NCBI RefSeq assembly: GCF_013149785.1
Contig: NZ_JABEZU010000001.1
Coordinates: 1-64,000, forward strand
Direction of reading: 5' to 3'
DNA length: 64,000 bases
DNA from: Isoptericola halotolerans
GTDB taxonomy: Bacteria; Actinomycetota; Actinomycetes; Actinomycetales; Cellulomonadaceae
Position numbers and translations under genes: made by a program. Below, piece by piece: positions 56,170 through 64,000 of the stretch; positions within the stretch are counted from its first letter, which is position 1, and each line of letters begins with the position of its first letter. The notes under the pieces were generated by a model, which was not told the DNA's origin, searched no databases, and saw nothing but the letters and a program-made list of their open reading frames with translations.

Positions 56170-57393
56170 ATGCGCCGCCCCGTCCCCTCGTCCTCCGCCC
56201 CGATCACCCAGGTCCCGGGGATGTGGTCCCTGCTGACCCTGTCCGCCCTCGGGTTCGCGGGCTATGCGCTGCTGCTGCCCGTCGCGCCGCTGTGGGCGGT
56301 GCAGGGTGGTGCCGGGTCCGGCGGAGCCGGCCTGATCAACGCCGTGCTCATGCTCGCGACCGTCGTCACCCAGACCAGCATGCCGACGGTGCTGCGACGC
56401 ATCGGCTGGCGGCCCACGATGGTCGCCGGGGTGCTGCTCCTGGGGCTGCCGTCGGCGCTGTTCGTGCTGACGGACGCGCTGCCCTGGCTGCTCGTGCTCT
56501 CCGCCGTCCGCGGCATGGGGTTCGCCGTGCTGACGGTGTGCGGGTCGAGCGCGGTGGCGGCGCTGGTCGACGGCCCGCGGCACGGGCGCGCGATCGGCGT
56601 GTACGGGCTCTCGATCGCCGTCCCCCAGCTCCTGCTGGTGCCGAGCGCCGCCTGGATCGCCGAGACCCTCGACTTCCGGGTGGTGTTCGCCCTGGGGGCG
56701 CTGCCGGCGCTCGCGGTGCCGTTCGCGGCCGTGCTCGGCCGCCGGCTCGACGGCATCGCGTCCGAGGACGCCCGGACCGCCCCTGACCCCACGGAGGACC
56801 GCCCGGCGCGCGGCCGGCTGCTGCTCGCGCTCGTGATGCCGTCGCTGGTGCTCCTCGTGGTCACGACGCCGGGTGGGGCGCTGCTGACGTTCACACCGCA
56901 GTTCGCCGGCAGCGCGACGCTCGCGATGGTCGCGCTGCTCGGTTTCACCGCGGCGACGGCCCTCTCGCGCTGGGCGGTGGGCGGCCCGGCCGACCGGTAC
57001 GGCGCCCGGGTGTTCATGGCCCCGCTGCTGGTGCTGTGCGCCGGCGGGCTGGCGCTGAGCGCGTGGGCGATCGCCGACGGCGGCACGTGGGCGGTCGGGC
57101 TCGTGGTGGGCATGACGATCGTCGGGATCTCGTACGGCAGCCTGCAGAACCTCACGCTCGTCGAGGCGTTCGCCGCCGTGCCCCGCCGCTCGCACCCGAC
57201 GGCCAGCACCGTGTGGAACATCGGGTTCGACGCCGGCACCGGGCTGGGCTCGCTGGTGGTCGGGTTCATCGCAGCGGGGGCGAGCTTCGCCGCCGGCCTG
57301 GCCACCACCGCCGTCGTCTGCGTCGTGGCGGCGGCCGCCCTGCTGGTGACGGGCCGGTTCTCGGCCGCCGGTGGCGCGGCCTCGGACCGGTAG
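56170..57393 (+). CDS. MFS transporter
   Basis: About 12 TM segments; GGPADRYG, ASTVWNIGFDAGTG; start uncertain. Confidence 0.85.
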   Translation: MRRPVPSSSAPITQVPGMWSLLTLSALGFAGYALLLPVAPLWAVQGGAGSGGAGLINAVLMLATVVTQTSMPTVLRRIGWRPTMVAGVLLLGLPSALFVLTDALPWLLVLSAVRGMGFAVLTVCGSSAVAALVDGPRHGRAIGVYGLSIAVPQLLLVPSAAWIAETLDFRVVFALGALPALAVPFAAVLGRRLDGIASEDARTAPDPTEDRPARGRLLLALVMPSLVLLVVTTPGGALLTFTPQFAGSATLAMVALLGFTAATALSRWAVGGPADRYGARVFMAPLLVLCAGGLALSAWAIADGGTWAVGLVVGMTIVGISYGSLQNLTLVEAFAAVPRRSHPTASTVWNIGFDAGTGLGSLVVGFIAAGASFAAGLATTAVVCVVAAAALLVTGRFSAAGGAASDR

Positions 57394-57411
57394 ACGGTCA
57401 GGGACAGGCCC

Positions 57412-58158
57412 TCAGCGGTGGGCCTCGACGAGGTGTCTCGTCGAGTGCGCGACGAAGGGTTCGCCCGCCCGCAGGCGCGCGTCGAGGTCTCGCAGGCTGC
57501 TCTCGTACCGGGCCACCGAGAAGTCGGGGACCCACCACACGCACTTGCGCAGGACCCAGACCACCGCCCCGACGTCGAAGAGCTCCACCCGGCACCGGGT
57601 CGTCCGCACCCGATCGACGGTCAGGCCGGCTGCTTCCGCGGCGGCGGCCTCCCGCCGGGGGTCGCGCTCGCTGCGCTCCGCCGTCAGGGGCCCGACGAAG
57701 TGCTCGATGAGCTCGAACGCCGACGCCGGGCCGACGTGCTGGGCGAGGTACCGACCGCCCGGCGCGAGCACCCGGCGGATCTCCTCCCAGTCCGGCCGGA
57801 CCGGGTGCCGTGACGTCACCAGCTCGAACGACCCCTCCGCGAAGGGCAGTGCGCTGCTGTCCGCCTGGACCACCCGGACGCCTCGCGGGCCGAGCACCTC
57901 GCGGGCACGTCGGACGTTCGGCGGCCAGCTCTCGGTCACCACCATGCCGGCCGGGAGGACGGGCGCCTCGGCGACGACCTCGCCGCCGCCGGTGTCGACG
58001 TCGAGCGCGGAGCCCACCTGCCCCAGACGGTCGGCCAGCAGCCGCGCGTAGCCCCAGGGCGGCCGCTCCTCGGTGGCCCGTCCGTCGAGCCATCCGAAAC
58101 CCCAGCCGCTGACGTCGGCGACCTCGGCCTCGCTCACCAGCTCCTCGAACGGTCTCAT
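57412..58158 (-). CDS. Class I SAM-dependent methyltransferase
   Basis: ALDVDTGGGE, LPFAEGSFELVTSRHP, RRVLAPGG. Confidence 0.9.
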   Translation of the reverse strand: MRPFEELVSEAEVADVSGWGFGWLDGRATEERPPWGYARLLADRLGQVGSALDVDTGGGEVVAEAPVLPAGMVVTESWPPNVRRAREVLGPRGVRVVQADSSALPFAEGSFELVTSRHPVRPDWEEIRRVLAPGGRYLAQHVGPASAFELIEHFVGPLTAERSERDPRREAAAAEAAGLTVDRVRTTRCRVELFDVGAVVWVLRKCVWWVPDFSVARYESSLRDLDARLRAGEPFVAHSTRHLVEAHR

Positions 58159-58219
58159 GAGGGCGACGCTACGCAGGGAACCGGCGGGAGTCCTCCTCAT
58201 ACCGGTCCCTGCGGCCACC

Positions 58220-59368
58220 TCACAGGGCGCGCGCGCCGAGCCAGGGCTCGAGGACGTCCTCGCTGCCGAGCCAGCGCAGGCCGCCGTCGCCGACCTCCTC
58301 TCCGGTGGCGAGCGCCTCGCCGAACGCGTCGAGGATCCGGTCGCGGATCATCCGGGACTCGTCCGGGTCGCCAGCGCCGACGACGAGGATGCGCGTGACG
58401 GGTGGCCGGTTGCCGGCGACCTCCTGCCAGGTGCCGAGGTCGGCGACGCACAGGGCGCCGCCGGCGCCGTCCCACAGGCAGACGGAGTCCGGGCGGTCGG
58501 GGACGTGGAACACGCCGCGGCTGCGGACGGGGCCGGTGCCCAGGTGCTCGATCTGCTCCAGGAGGCGCTCGGGGTGGAAGGGGCGGCGGGACTTCAGCAG
58601 CAGGCTCCAGCTGCGGTCCTGCGGGTCCTTCGCCGCCTGGCGTCCGCCGCGGGCACCGAGCGGGTGGGCCCGGCCCTCGGCGGCGACGGTGTCGTGGCTG
58701 CGGGCGGCGAGCTGGGCGACGTCGAGCTCGTGCAGGCCGTCGATGCGCTGGCTGTCGCCGGCGCGCAGGCGGTCGACCAGCCCGGCGCCGGTGGGGTCGT
58801 CGCCCGTGGTGACGACCACGTCGACCTGCTCGAGCTGGGCGGCGAGCGCCTCCCCGAGCGGGCGCTCGTCGTCGTCGGTCAGGGCGAGGCCGCGCTCGTC
58901 GACGAGGTCGTTGCCGAGGAGGTCGGACTCCACCCGGTCGAGGTCGACGACGGCGGTCGTGGCGGTGAAGCGCACCGACTCCAGGACCTCGCCGTGGGCG
59001 GTGTACGTGGCCAGCGCGCGCGCGACGGGCAGCGGTTCGGCCGTGACCGGCAGGGCGAGGACCAGGTCCGTCCAGCGACCGGTCTCGGCGAGCCGGGCGA
59101 GGGTGGGCACGGCGTCCTCGCGGACGCTGCAGGACACGCAGGCGTGCTCCAGCTCCACGGTCACGTCCTCGACCACGCCGGTCGAGTCGACGACCACGCG
59201 ACGCAGCGCGCCGTCGTCGGGCAGCAGGTCGTGACGGACGACGACGGCGCCCGGCGACGTGAGCGTGAGGCTCGCGGCGGTGGTGTCGCGCAGGACGGGG
59301 TCGGTGCTGACGAGCACGCTGAGCGCGGGCAGGTGGGCGTTCGCGGGCTGGTCCGGTCGGGAATGCAC
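58220..59368 (-). CDS. Atypical COG0523/CobW_C protein, similar to the mycobacterial ribosome hibernation recruitment factor Mrf
   Basis: VVVRHDL, LEHACVSCSVRED, RRPFHPERL, RSRGVF; no recognisable Walker A; divergent from the alternative ribosomal operon; GAGGAGG RBS. Confidence 0.75.
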   Translation of the reverse strand: MHSRPDQPANAHLPALSVLVSTDPVLRDTTAASLTLTSPGAVVVRHDLLPDDGALRRVVVDSTGVVEDVTVELEHACVSCSVREDAVPTLARLAETGRWTDLVLALPVTAEPLPVARALATYTAHGEVLESVRFTATTAVVDLDRVESDLLGNDLVDERGLALTDDDERPLGEALAAQLEQVDVVVTTGDDPTGAGLVDRLRAGDSQRIDGLHELDVAQLAARSHDTVAAEGRAHPLGARGGRQAAKDPQDRSWSLLLKSRRPFHPERLLEQIEHLGTGPVRSRGVFHVPDRPDSVCLWDGAGGALCVADLGTWQEVAGNRPPVTRILVVGAGDPDESRMIRDRILDAFGEALATGEEVGDGGLRWLGSEDVLEPWLGARAL

Positions 59369-59383
59369 AGCGCCTCCTCGTGT

Positions 59384-59438
59384 TGAGAATGATAATCGTC
59401 TCTGGCACACTCTAGCCCCTAGATGAGAAGTGTTCTCA
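59384..59438. promoter_or_regulatory. Zur boxes (one strong, one degenerate)
   Basis: TGAGAAGTGTTCTCA (59424-59438) and TGAGAATGATAATCG (59384-59398). Confidence 0.75.
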
Positions 59439-59480
59439 AAGCGCCGCCCTGTCGCAGGACGTCGCGCCGGAAAGGAAGCC

Positions 59481-59717
59481 ATGTCCGCCCGCTGTCAGGT
59501 GCTCGGCACCGTCCCGGGGTTCGGCCACTCGATCTCGCACTCGCACGTGCGGACCAAGCGGCGGTTCAACCCCAACATCCAGAAGAAGCGCTACTGGGTC
59601 CCGTCCCTCGGTCGCACCGTCACCCTGCGCGTGAGCGCCAAGGGCATCAAGACGATCGACCGTGACGGCATCGACGTCGTCGTCGCTCGGATCCTGGCAC
59701 GAGGGGAGAAGGTCTGA
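59481..59717 (+). CDS. rpmB: 50S ribosomal protein L28, Zn-independent paralog
   Basis: [34 protein letters not shown]; only one Cys. Confidence 0.95.
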   Translation: MSARCQVLGTVPGFGHSISHSHVRTKRRFNPNIQKKRYWVPSLGRTVTLRVSAKGIKTIDRDGIDVVVARILARGEKV

Positions 59718-59884
59718 TGGCATCCAAGGCTGACCTGCGTCCGATCATCAAGCTGCGCTCCACCGCGGGCACCGGCTTCACCTACGTGACGCGCAAGAAC
59801 CGCCGCAACAGCCCCGACCGGCTGACGCTGCGCAAGTACGACCCGGTCGTGCGCAAGCACGTCGAGTTCAAGGAGACCCGCTGA
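59717..59884 (+). CDS. rpmG: 50S ribosomal protein L33, Cys-free
   Basis: Not in the ORF track. [55 protein letters not shown]. Confidence 0.95.
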   Translation: MASKADLRPIIKLRSTAGTGFTYVTRKNRRNSPDRLTLRKYDPVVRKHVEFKETR

Positions 59885-60189
59885 TGGCCAAGAAGTCGAA
59901 GATCGCCGCGAACGAGCGCCGCCGTGAGGTCGTCGCCCGGTACGCCGAGCGTCGGGCCGAGCTGAAGCGGGTCATCGCGTCGCCGTCGTCCACCCACGAG
60001 GAGCGCGCCGGCGCCGTCCTGGAGCTGCAGCGCCAGCCCCGCGACGCCAGCGCCACCCGGGTGCGCAACCGCGACGCCGCCGACGGCCGCCCCCGCGGCT
60101 ACGTCGGCAAGTTCGGGCTCTCCCGCATCCGGATGCGCCAGATGGCGCACCGCGGCGAGCTGCCCGGCGTGACGAAGTCGAGCTGGTGA
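59884..60189 (+). CDS. rpsN: 30S ribosomal protein S14, long Cys-free form
   Basis: MAKKSKIA...[12 protein letters not shown]...[11 protein letters not shown], 101 aa. Confidence 0.95.
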   Translation: MAKKSKIAANERRREVVARYAERRAELKRVIASPSSTHEERAGAVLELQRQPRDASATRVRNRDAADGRPRGYVGKFGLSRIRMRQMAHRGELPGVTKSSW

Positions 60190-60196
60190 GGAGATC

Positions 60197-60523
60197 ATGA
60201 AGAAGGACATCCACCCGACCTACGGGCCGGTCGTGTTCCGTGACAACAGTGCCGGGTTCGCGTTCCTGACGCGTTCCACGTTGGCCGGCGAGACCCACTC
60301 CGGGCCCGGCCGCCCCACGCGCACCGTCGAGTGGGAGGACGGCAACACCTACCCGGTGATCGACGTCGACATCTCGAGCGCGAGCCACCCCTTCTGGACC
60401 GGCGCCGCGCGCGTCGTGGACACCGCGGGTCGCGTCGAGAAGTTCCGCCGCCGCTACGGGGCCGGTTCTGCCGCCGGTGCCGGTGCCGGTGCCGGTGCCG
60501 CTGCGAGCGGGGGAGCGCGATGA
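60197..60523 (+). CDS. rpmE2: 50S ribosomal protein L31 type B, with an Ala/Gly tail
   Basis: [38 protein letters not shown]. Confidence 0.93.
   Translation: MKKDIHPTYGPVVFRDNSAGFAFLTRSTLAGETHSGPGRPTRTVEWEDGNTYPVIDVDISSASHPFWTGAARVVDTAGRVEKFRRRYGAGSAAGAGAGAGAAASGGAR
60473..60496 (+). repeat. (GCCGGT)4 in-frame tandem repeat
   Basis: Encodes (AG)4 in the L31B tail. Confidence 0.8.
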
Positions 60524-60642
60524 AGGTTCGTGCCTCCCTGCGGTCGCTGAAGGACAAGCCGGGCGCCAAGGTCGTCCGGCGTCGCGGCAAGACCTACGTC
60601 ATCAACAAGCAGAACCCGCGCTGGAAGGCGCGCCAAGGCTGA
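60520..60642 (+). CDS. rpmJ: 50S ribosomal protein L36 type B (YkgO-like, Cys-free)
   Basis: [40 protein letters not shown]. Confidence 0.95.
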   Translation: MKVRASLRSLKDKPGAKVVRRRGKTYVINKQNPRWKARQG

Positions 60643-60651
60643 GGAGCAACC

Positions 60652-60819
60652 ATGGCAGTCCCCAAGCGGAAGATGTCCCGCTCGCGCACCCGCAGCCGGC
60701 GCGCGCAGTGGAAGGCCGTCGAGCCGGCCCTCGTGCCGGTCACGGTCGGCGGCGAGACCGTCCAGGTCCCGCCGCGGCTGGCCCGCGCGGTGCGCGAGGG
60801 TCGCATCGACGTCCGCTGA
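60652..60819 (+). CDS. rpmF: 50S ribosomal protein L32, Cys-free
   Basis: Not in the ORF track. [39 protein letters not shown]...*. Confidence 0.93.
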   Translation: MAVPKRKMSRSRTRSRRAQWKAVEPALVPVTVGGETVQVPPRLARAVREGRIDVR

Positions 60820-60831
60820 CGACCGGCATCC

Positions 60832-60865
60832 CGACGGCCCCCTGACACCGGTCAGGGGGCCGTCG
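60832..60865 (+). terminator. Stem-loop terminator of the ribosomal protein operon
   Basis: CGACGGCCCCCTGAC-accg-GTCAGGGGGCCGTCG, 15-bp perfect stem. Confidence 0.8.
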
Positions 60866-60869
60866 TCGT

Positions 60870-61280
60870 GTCGTCGCCGTCGACCCGGCCGCCGCCTACG
60901 CCCTCTTCGTCAGAGAACTCGGCACGTGGTGGCCGCTCGAGAGATTCAGCTGCTTCGGGGCCGGAGGCTCGGTCCGGCACGACGGCGACCGCCTCCTCGA
61001 GACCGGCCCCGACGGGCAGGCCGCCGTCTGGGGAACGATCGTCCAGCGCGACGAGCCACGCTCGCTCGCCTTCACCTGGCACCCGGGGCGCGCCCCCGAA
61101 GACGCCACCCGGGTTACCGTGACGTTCGAGCCGGCCGAGGACGACGCCGCCACCCTGGTCCCGCTCGAGCACTCCGGGTGGGAGGCGTACCCCGATCCCA
61201 CGGCTGCTCGCGCCGACGACGCCGACGGCTGGGCCGACGTGCTCGGCAGGTACGCGCGGGCCACCGACGGCGAGGGCTGA
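60870..61280 (+). pseudogene. 5'-truncated SRPBCC/AHSA1-like gene
   Basis: Open frame VVAVDPAAAYALFVRELGTWWP...LAFTWHPG...LEHSGWE...GWADVLGRY...*; in-frame TGA at 60843 and no start codon before the domain. Confidence 0.7.
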
Positions 61281-61343
61281 GCACGTCGCACGTCGCACCG
61301 CGTACGTCGCCCGGCGCATGTGCCGCCGCCGACGGCTCCGTGC

Positions 61344-62006
61344 TCAGGTCTCGCCCTCGAAGAGGCCGCCGTCCAGCAACCAGTGGTAGCGCAGGCGCAG
61401 GGCGCGCTCGGTGCTGGCCAGGAGGGCGGCCATGAAGAGCCCGACGTTGAGCCACGCGGGGAGCTGGATCGGTGAGGTGAACGTGCCCACGTGCTCGGCG
61501 ACCGGAGGGATCCGCGTGATCTCCTCCGCGATCTGCGGGAGGCCGAGGACGAGGGCGACGAGGAGGACGGCGAGGGATACGGCGCCGAGGGCCTGGTCTG
61601 CGGCAGGGTGGTCCCGCTCCAGGCGCGCGCGACGGCCCTCCGCGGAGGCCGGGTCCGGCACGAGCTGCCGTTCCGTCCCGTCGTCGGCGACGTAGTGGCA
61701 GCGTCGCAGACCGTATCCGCTCGCCGCCACCTCCACGGTGCCGCCGGGCACGGGGAACGCCGCCGGCAGCTTGGACGACGCGTGGTGGTGGCCGTCCCGG
61801 TAGAGGTGCGCGAGGACCTCACCGTTCGAGTCCCCCCAGAGCTTGACGTCGACCGACCAGGTGTGCAACTGACCGCCCTCGCCGTCGAGATGAAGGTGCA
61901 GCAGGGCGCGGGAGAACGGCTGCCACCACCGGAAGCGTGGGAGCGGATGCCCGGCCCCGGGCTTGACCTTGCGTGCGGCACGCCGCCGCCGTCCGTCCGA
62001 GAACAC
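61344..62006 (-). CDS. Conserved-looking hypothetical membrane protein
   Basis: RFRWWQ N-terminus, two TM segments, STERALRLRYHWLLD end; TACGGT -10 before GTG 62006. Confidence 0.7.
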   Translation of the reverse strand: MFSDGRRRRAARKVKPGAGHPLPRFRWWQPFSRALLHLHLDGEGGQLHTWSVDVKLWGDSNGEVLAHLYRDGHHHASSKLPAAFPVPGGTVEVAASGYGLRRCHYVADDGTERQLVPDPASAEGRRARLERDHPAADQALGAVSLAVLLVALVLGLPQIAEEITRIPPVAEHVGTFTSPIQLPAWLNVGLFMAALLASTERALRLRYHWLLDGGLFEGET

Positions 62007-62081
62007 ACAGGCCACCGTAGCGACCCGCGACCCGTCGTGCGCGGCACTCGATCAGGCCTTCGGGCTGCTGCAGTTCACCAG

Positions 62082-62612
62082 CTACAGGCTGCTGAAGATC
62101 CAGGTGGACGGCGCGTCGTATCCCGTGAGCCCACCCGGCTGGTTGCACGCCCCCAGGTCGAGCGACGCGAACGTGACCACCTGCGTGAGCGTCGAGCCCG
62201 CAAGCGCCCCGCTGGTGATCGGCCCAGTGACGGTCAGCACGTAGGTGCCGTTGACCGTCGTCGAGGTCGAGAACCACGACCAGGCGCTCGTGACGGTCGA
62301 GCCTCCGTTCCAGAAGATGGTCTGTGTCCCGCTTCCTCCGCCGAACAGCGTGGTGCGCGACTTCGTGACCTCGCCGCTGTAGTCCGCGGTGAACGACGTG
62401 AGCGTCGGGTGGGTCAGGCTCACGCAGGACGCTTGGTCGTGGCCCGTGACCTCCAGGGTCTGGACGACGTTCGTGACTCCGGGGTCGTACGTGCCGACCG
62501 AGTCGCCGACGCAGTTGACCACGGTCAGACTCGCTGCGGCTGGTGGCGCCGCGAGCAGGCCGGCGGCGGCCAGGAGTGCCGTGCTGGCGATGGCGTAGAG
62601 GTACCTCTTCAT
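62082..62612 (-). CDS. Secreted Thr/Ser/Gly-rich beta protein of unknown function
   Basis: Signal peptide (AAA cleavage), three Cys in the mature part; GGGGAG RBS. Confidence 0.75.
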   Translation of the reverse strand: MKRYLYAIASTALLAAAGLLAAPPAAASLTVVNCVGDSVGTYDPGVTNVVQTLEVTGHDQASCVSLTHPTLTSFTADYSGEVTKSRTTLFGGGSGTQTIFWNGGSTVTSAWSWFSTSTTVNGTYVLTVTGPITSGALAGSTLTQVVTFASLDLGACNQPGGLTGYDAPSTWIFSSL

Positions 62613-62746
62613 GGCTCACTCCCCAGGTGGCGAGCCGGCCCCGGTCGACACCGAGATGATGGCCCCGACTCGCCCATCCTCGGAGCGTCAGCCCGATCGC
62701 GCAGCCATGCAGTTCCCAGCATCAGGGGTCGCCGGTGCGTGCCTGC

Positions 62747-63427
62747 CTAGCCCGAGAAGACCGCCGCCAGCGCGCTGCCGTCCAGGTCGGCGAGGAGCTC
62801 GGCGACATCGGTGTAGGTCTCGACGGCACCGGCCTCGGTGAGCTCGTGCGCACCGACCCCGCCGCTGAGGACGCCGACGCACGGCACGCCGGCCCGCTCG
62901 GCGGCGACGGCGTCCCACACCGAGTCCCCCAGGAAGACGGCCTGCGAGGCCTCGACACCTGCGGCCTCGAGCGCCACCTGCACGAGCTCGGGTTCCGGCT
63001 TGGACTCCTCGACGTCCTGCGCCGACGTCACGGCGTGCAGCAGGTCGTCCACGTCGAGCACCTCGCGCAGGCGTTCGAGCATCTCGGGGGACGCCGACGT
63101 CGCGAGCACCGGTCGCGCACCTCGTTCGCTGATGGTGCGCACGAGCTCTCGTGCGCCGTCGAACGCTCGCAGCAGGTGGGCGGACTCCGCCGCGTGCCGG
63201 GAGTGGTGCTCCTTGACCTGCTCCGCCGTCTCGTCCGACAGCTCCGCGCCGCTGAGCTCCGCCACGCGGGTCACCAGCTGTGGCCCGGCCATGCCGAGGG
63301 TCCGGTGCACGCGCCAGGCGTCGATCTCGATCCCGACGTCGCGAAAGGCGTGGACCCACGCGTCGACCTGCATGTAGTTCGAGTCGACCAGCGTCCCGTC
63401 GACGTCCAGCAGCACCGCGCCCGTCAT
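62747..63427 (-). CDS. HAD family hydrolase
   Basis: LLDVDGTLVDS, LATSA, SKPEP, FLGDSVWD. Confidence 0.92.
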   Translation of the reverse strand: MTGAVLLDVDGTLVDSNYMQVDAWVHAFRDVGIEIDAWRVHRTLGMAGPQLVTRVAELSGAELSDETAEQVKEHHSRHAAESAHLLRAFDGARELVRTISERGARPVLATSASPEMLERLREVLDVDDLLHAVTSAQDVEESKPEPELVQVALEAAGVEASQAVFLGDSVWDAVAAERAGVPCVGVLSGGVGAHELTEAGAVETYTDVAELLADLDGSALAAVFSG

Positions 63428-63515
63428 GCGGGCCGCCGGTGCGGGGACACGGTCTGTGCGTCAGGAGTCATCTGTCGATCCTGCGGGCAGAGCCGCTATC
63501 CCGCCACCTCGGCGC

Positions 63516-64000
63516 TCAGGCGGGAGCGGCCGGGCCCAGGTGGTGCTCCAGCACCTCGAGAGGACCCTCGTCCGGCGTCGGAGGCTCGAAGGCGTCGAGG
63601 TAGCGCAGCGCGGTCTCGCGGGTGACCAGCACGTCGTCGGGCCCGGAGCCGGTACGGCGGGCGAGGCGCTCGAGGACGACCTCGCGCGGCGCAGGCAGGT
63701 AGATCGTCACCGGGACCACTCCGAGGGGGCGCAGCAGGTCCCGGTACTCGTCGCGCATGGCGCGCGACCAGAACGACAGGTCGACGACGATGTCGCATCC
63801 TGCTCTCACGAGGTCCACGCACTCGCGCTGCAGCTCCGCCTTCAGCCGGTCGGTGACGTCGTCGGGCAGGGGGTGATCCCGGAAGCCCTCGCGCCAGGCG
63901 GCGACGTCGAGGGACAGGCGTGCCCAGCCCTGGGCCTCCAGTGCGCGGGCGCGCGTGGACTTGCCGAACCCGGCGGGACCGCACAGCAGGAACACCCGGC
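63516..64000 (-). CDS. P-loop kinase-like ATPase (AAA_33); start probably beyond the window
   Basis: LLCGPAGFGKST, IVVDLSFWSRAMRD, RLARR, FEPPTPDE. Confidence 0.8.
   Translation of the reverse strand, partial: RVFLLCGPAGFGKSTRARALEAQGWARLSLDVAAWREGFRDHPLPDDVTDRLKAELQRECVDLVRAGCDIVVDLSFWSRAMRDEYRDLLRPLGVVPVTIYLPAPREVVLERLARRTGSGPDDVLVTRETALRYLDAFEPPTPDEGPLEVLEHHLGPAAPA

Noticed and set aside
1..64000. Hundreds of long overlapping ORFs rich in Arg/Pro/Gly/Ala (e.g. 180-1910, 10903-13059, 42686-45673, 52028-54031)
   Set aside because: These are shadow frames caused by the scarcity of stop codons at very high GC. They overlap genes with clear family motifs and carry no motifs themselves.

Overview
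A very GC-rich window, probably from an actinobacterium of the Micrococcales (inferred from gene families and codon bias). It is mostly accessory metabolism and regulation. In order: the 3' end of sodA; a GntR/FadR-controlled amidase/ABC-uptake operon; TetR plus oxidoreductase; a 61-bp palindrome; a secreted ThuA-like protein; an RHH regulator-DUF4097-ABC exporter cassette with repeated TGACACCA operators; a LacI-controlled beta/alpha-galactoside locus; a VapBC pair; a lower-GC patch with a candidate secreted toxin/immunity pair flanked by gene debris; a ribose operon; an antibiotic-protection neighbourhood (TlrC/CarA-type ABC-F with a leaderless 5-codon uORF, and helR behind an RAE-like palindrome that appears to serve two divergent promoters); a CmtR/cation transporter pair; a Zur-box COG0523 gene; a STAS + anti-sigma kinase pair convergent on a bacteriophytochrome-PP2C phosphatase; and a Zur-box cluster of six Zn-independent ribosomal proteins with an Mrf-like gene. 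The best candidates for poorly described systems are the YPVVADP-type toxin/immunity pair (23543-25239), the red-light partner-switching module (50886-53983) and the bidirectional RAE promoter (43142-43194). No rRNA, tRNA, CRISPR array or transposase was recognised. All calls come from motif recognition by eye; no searches were run.
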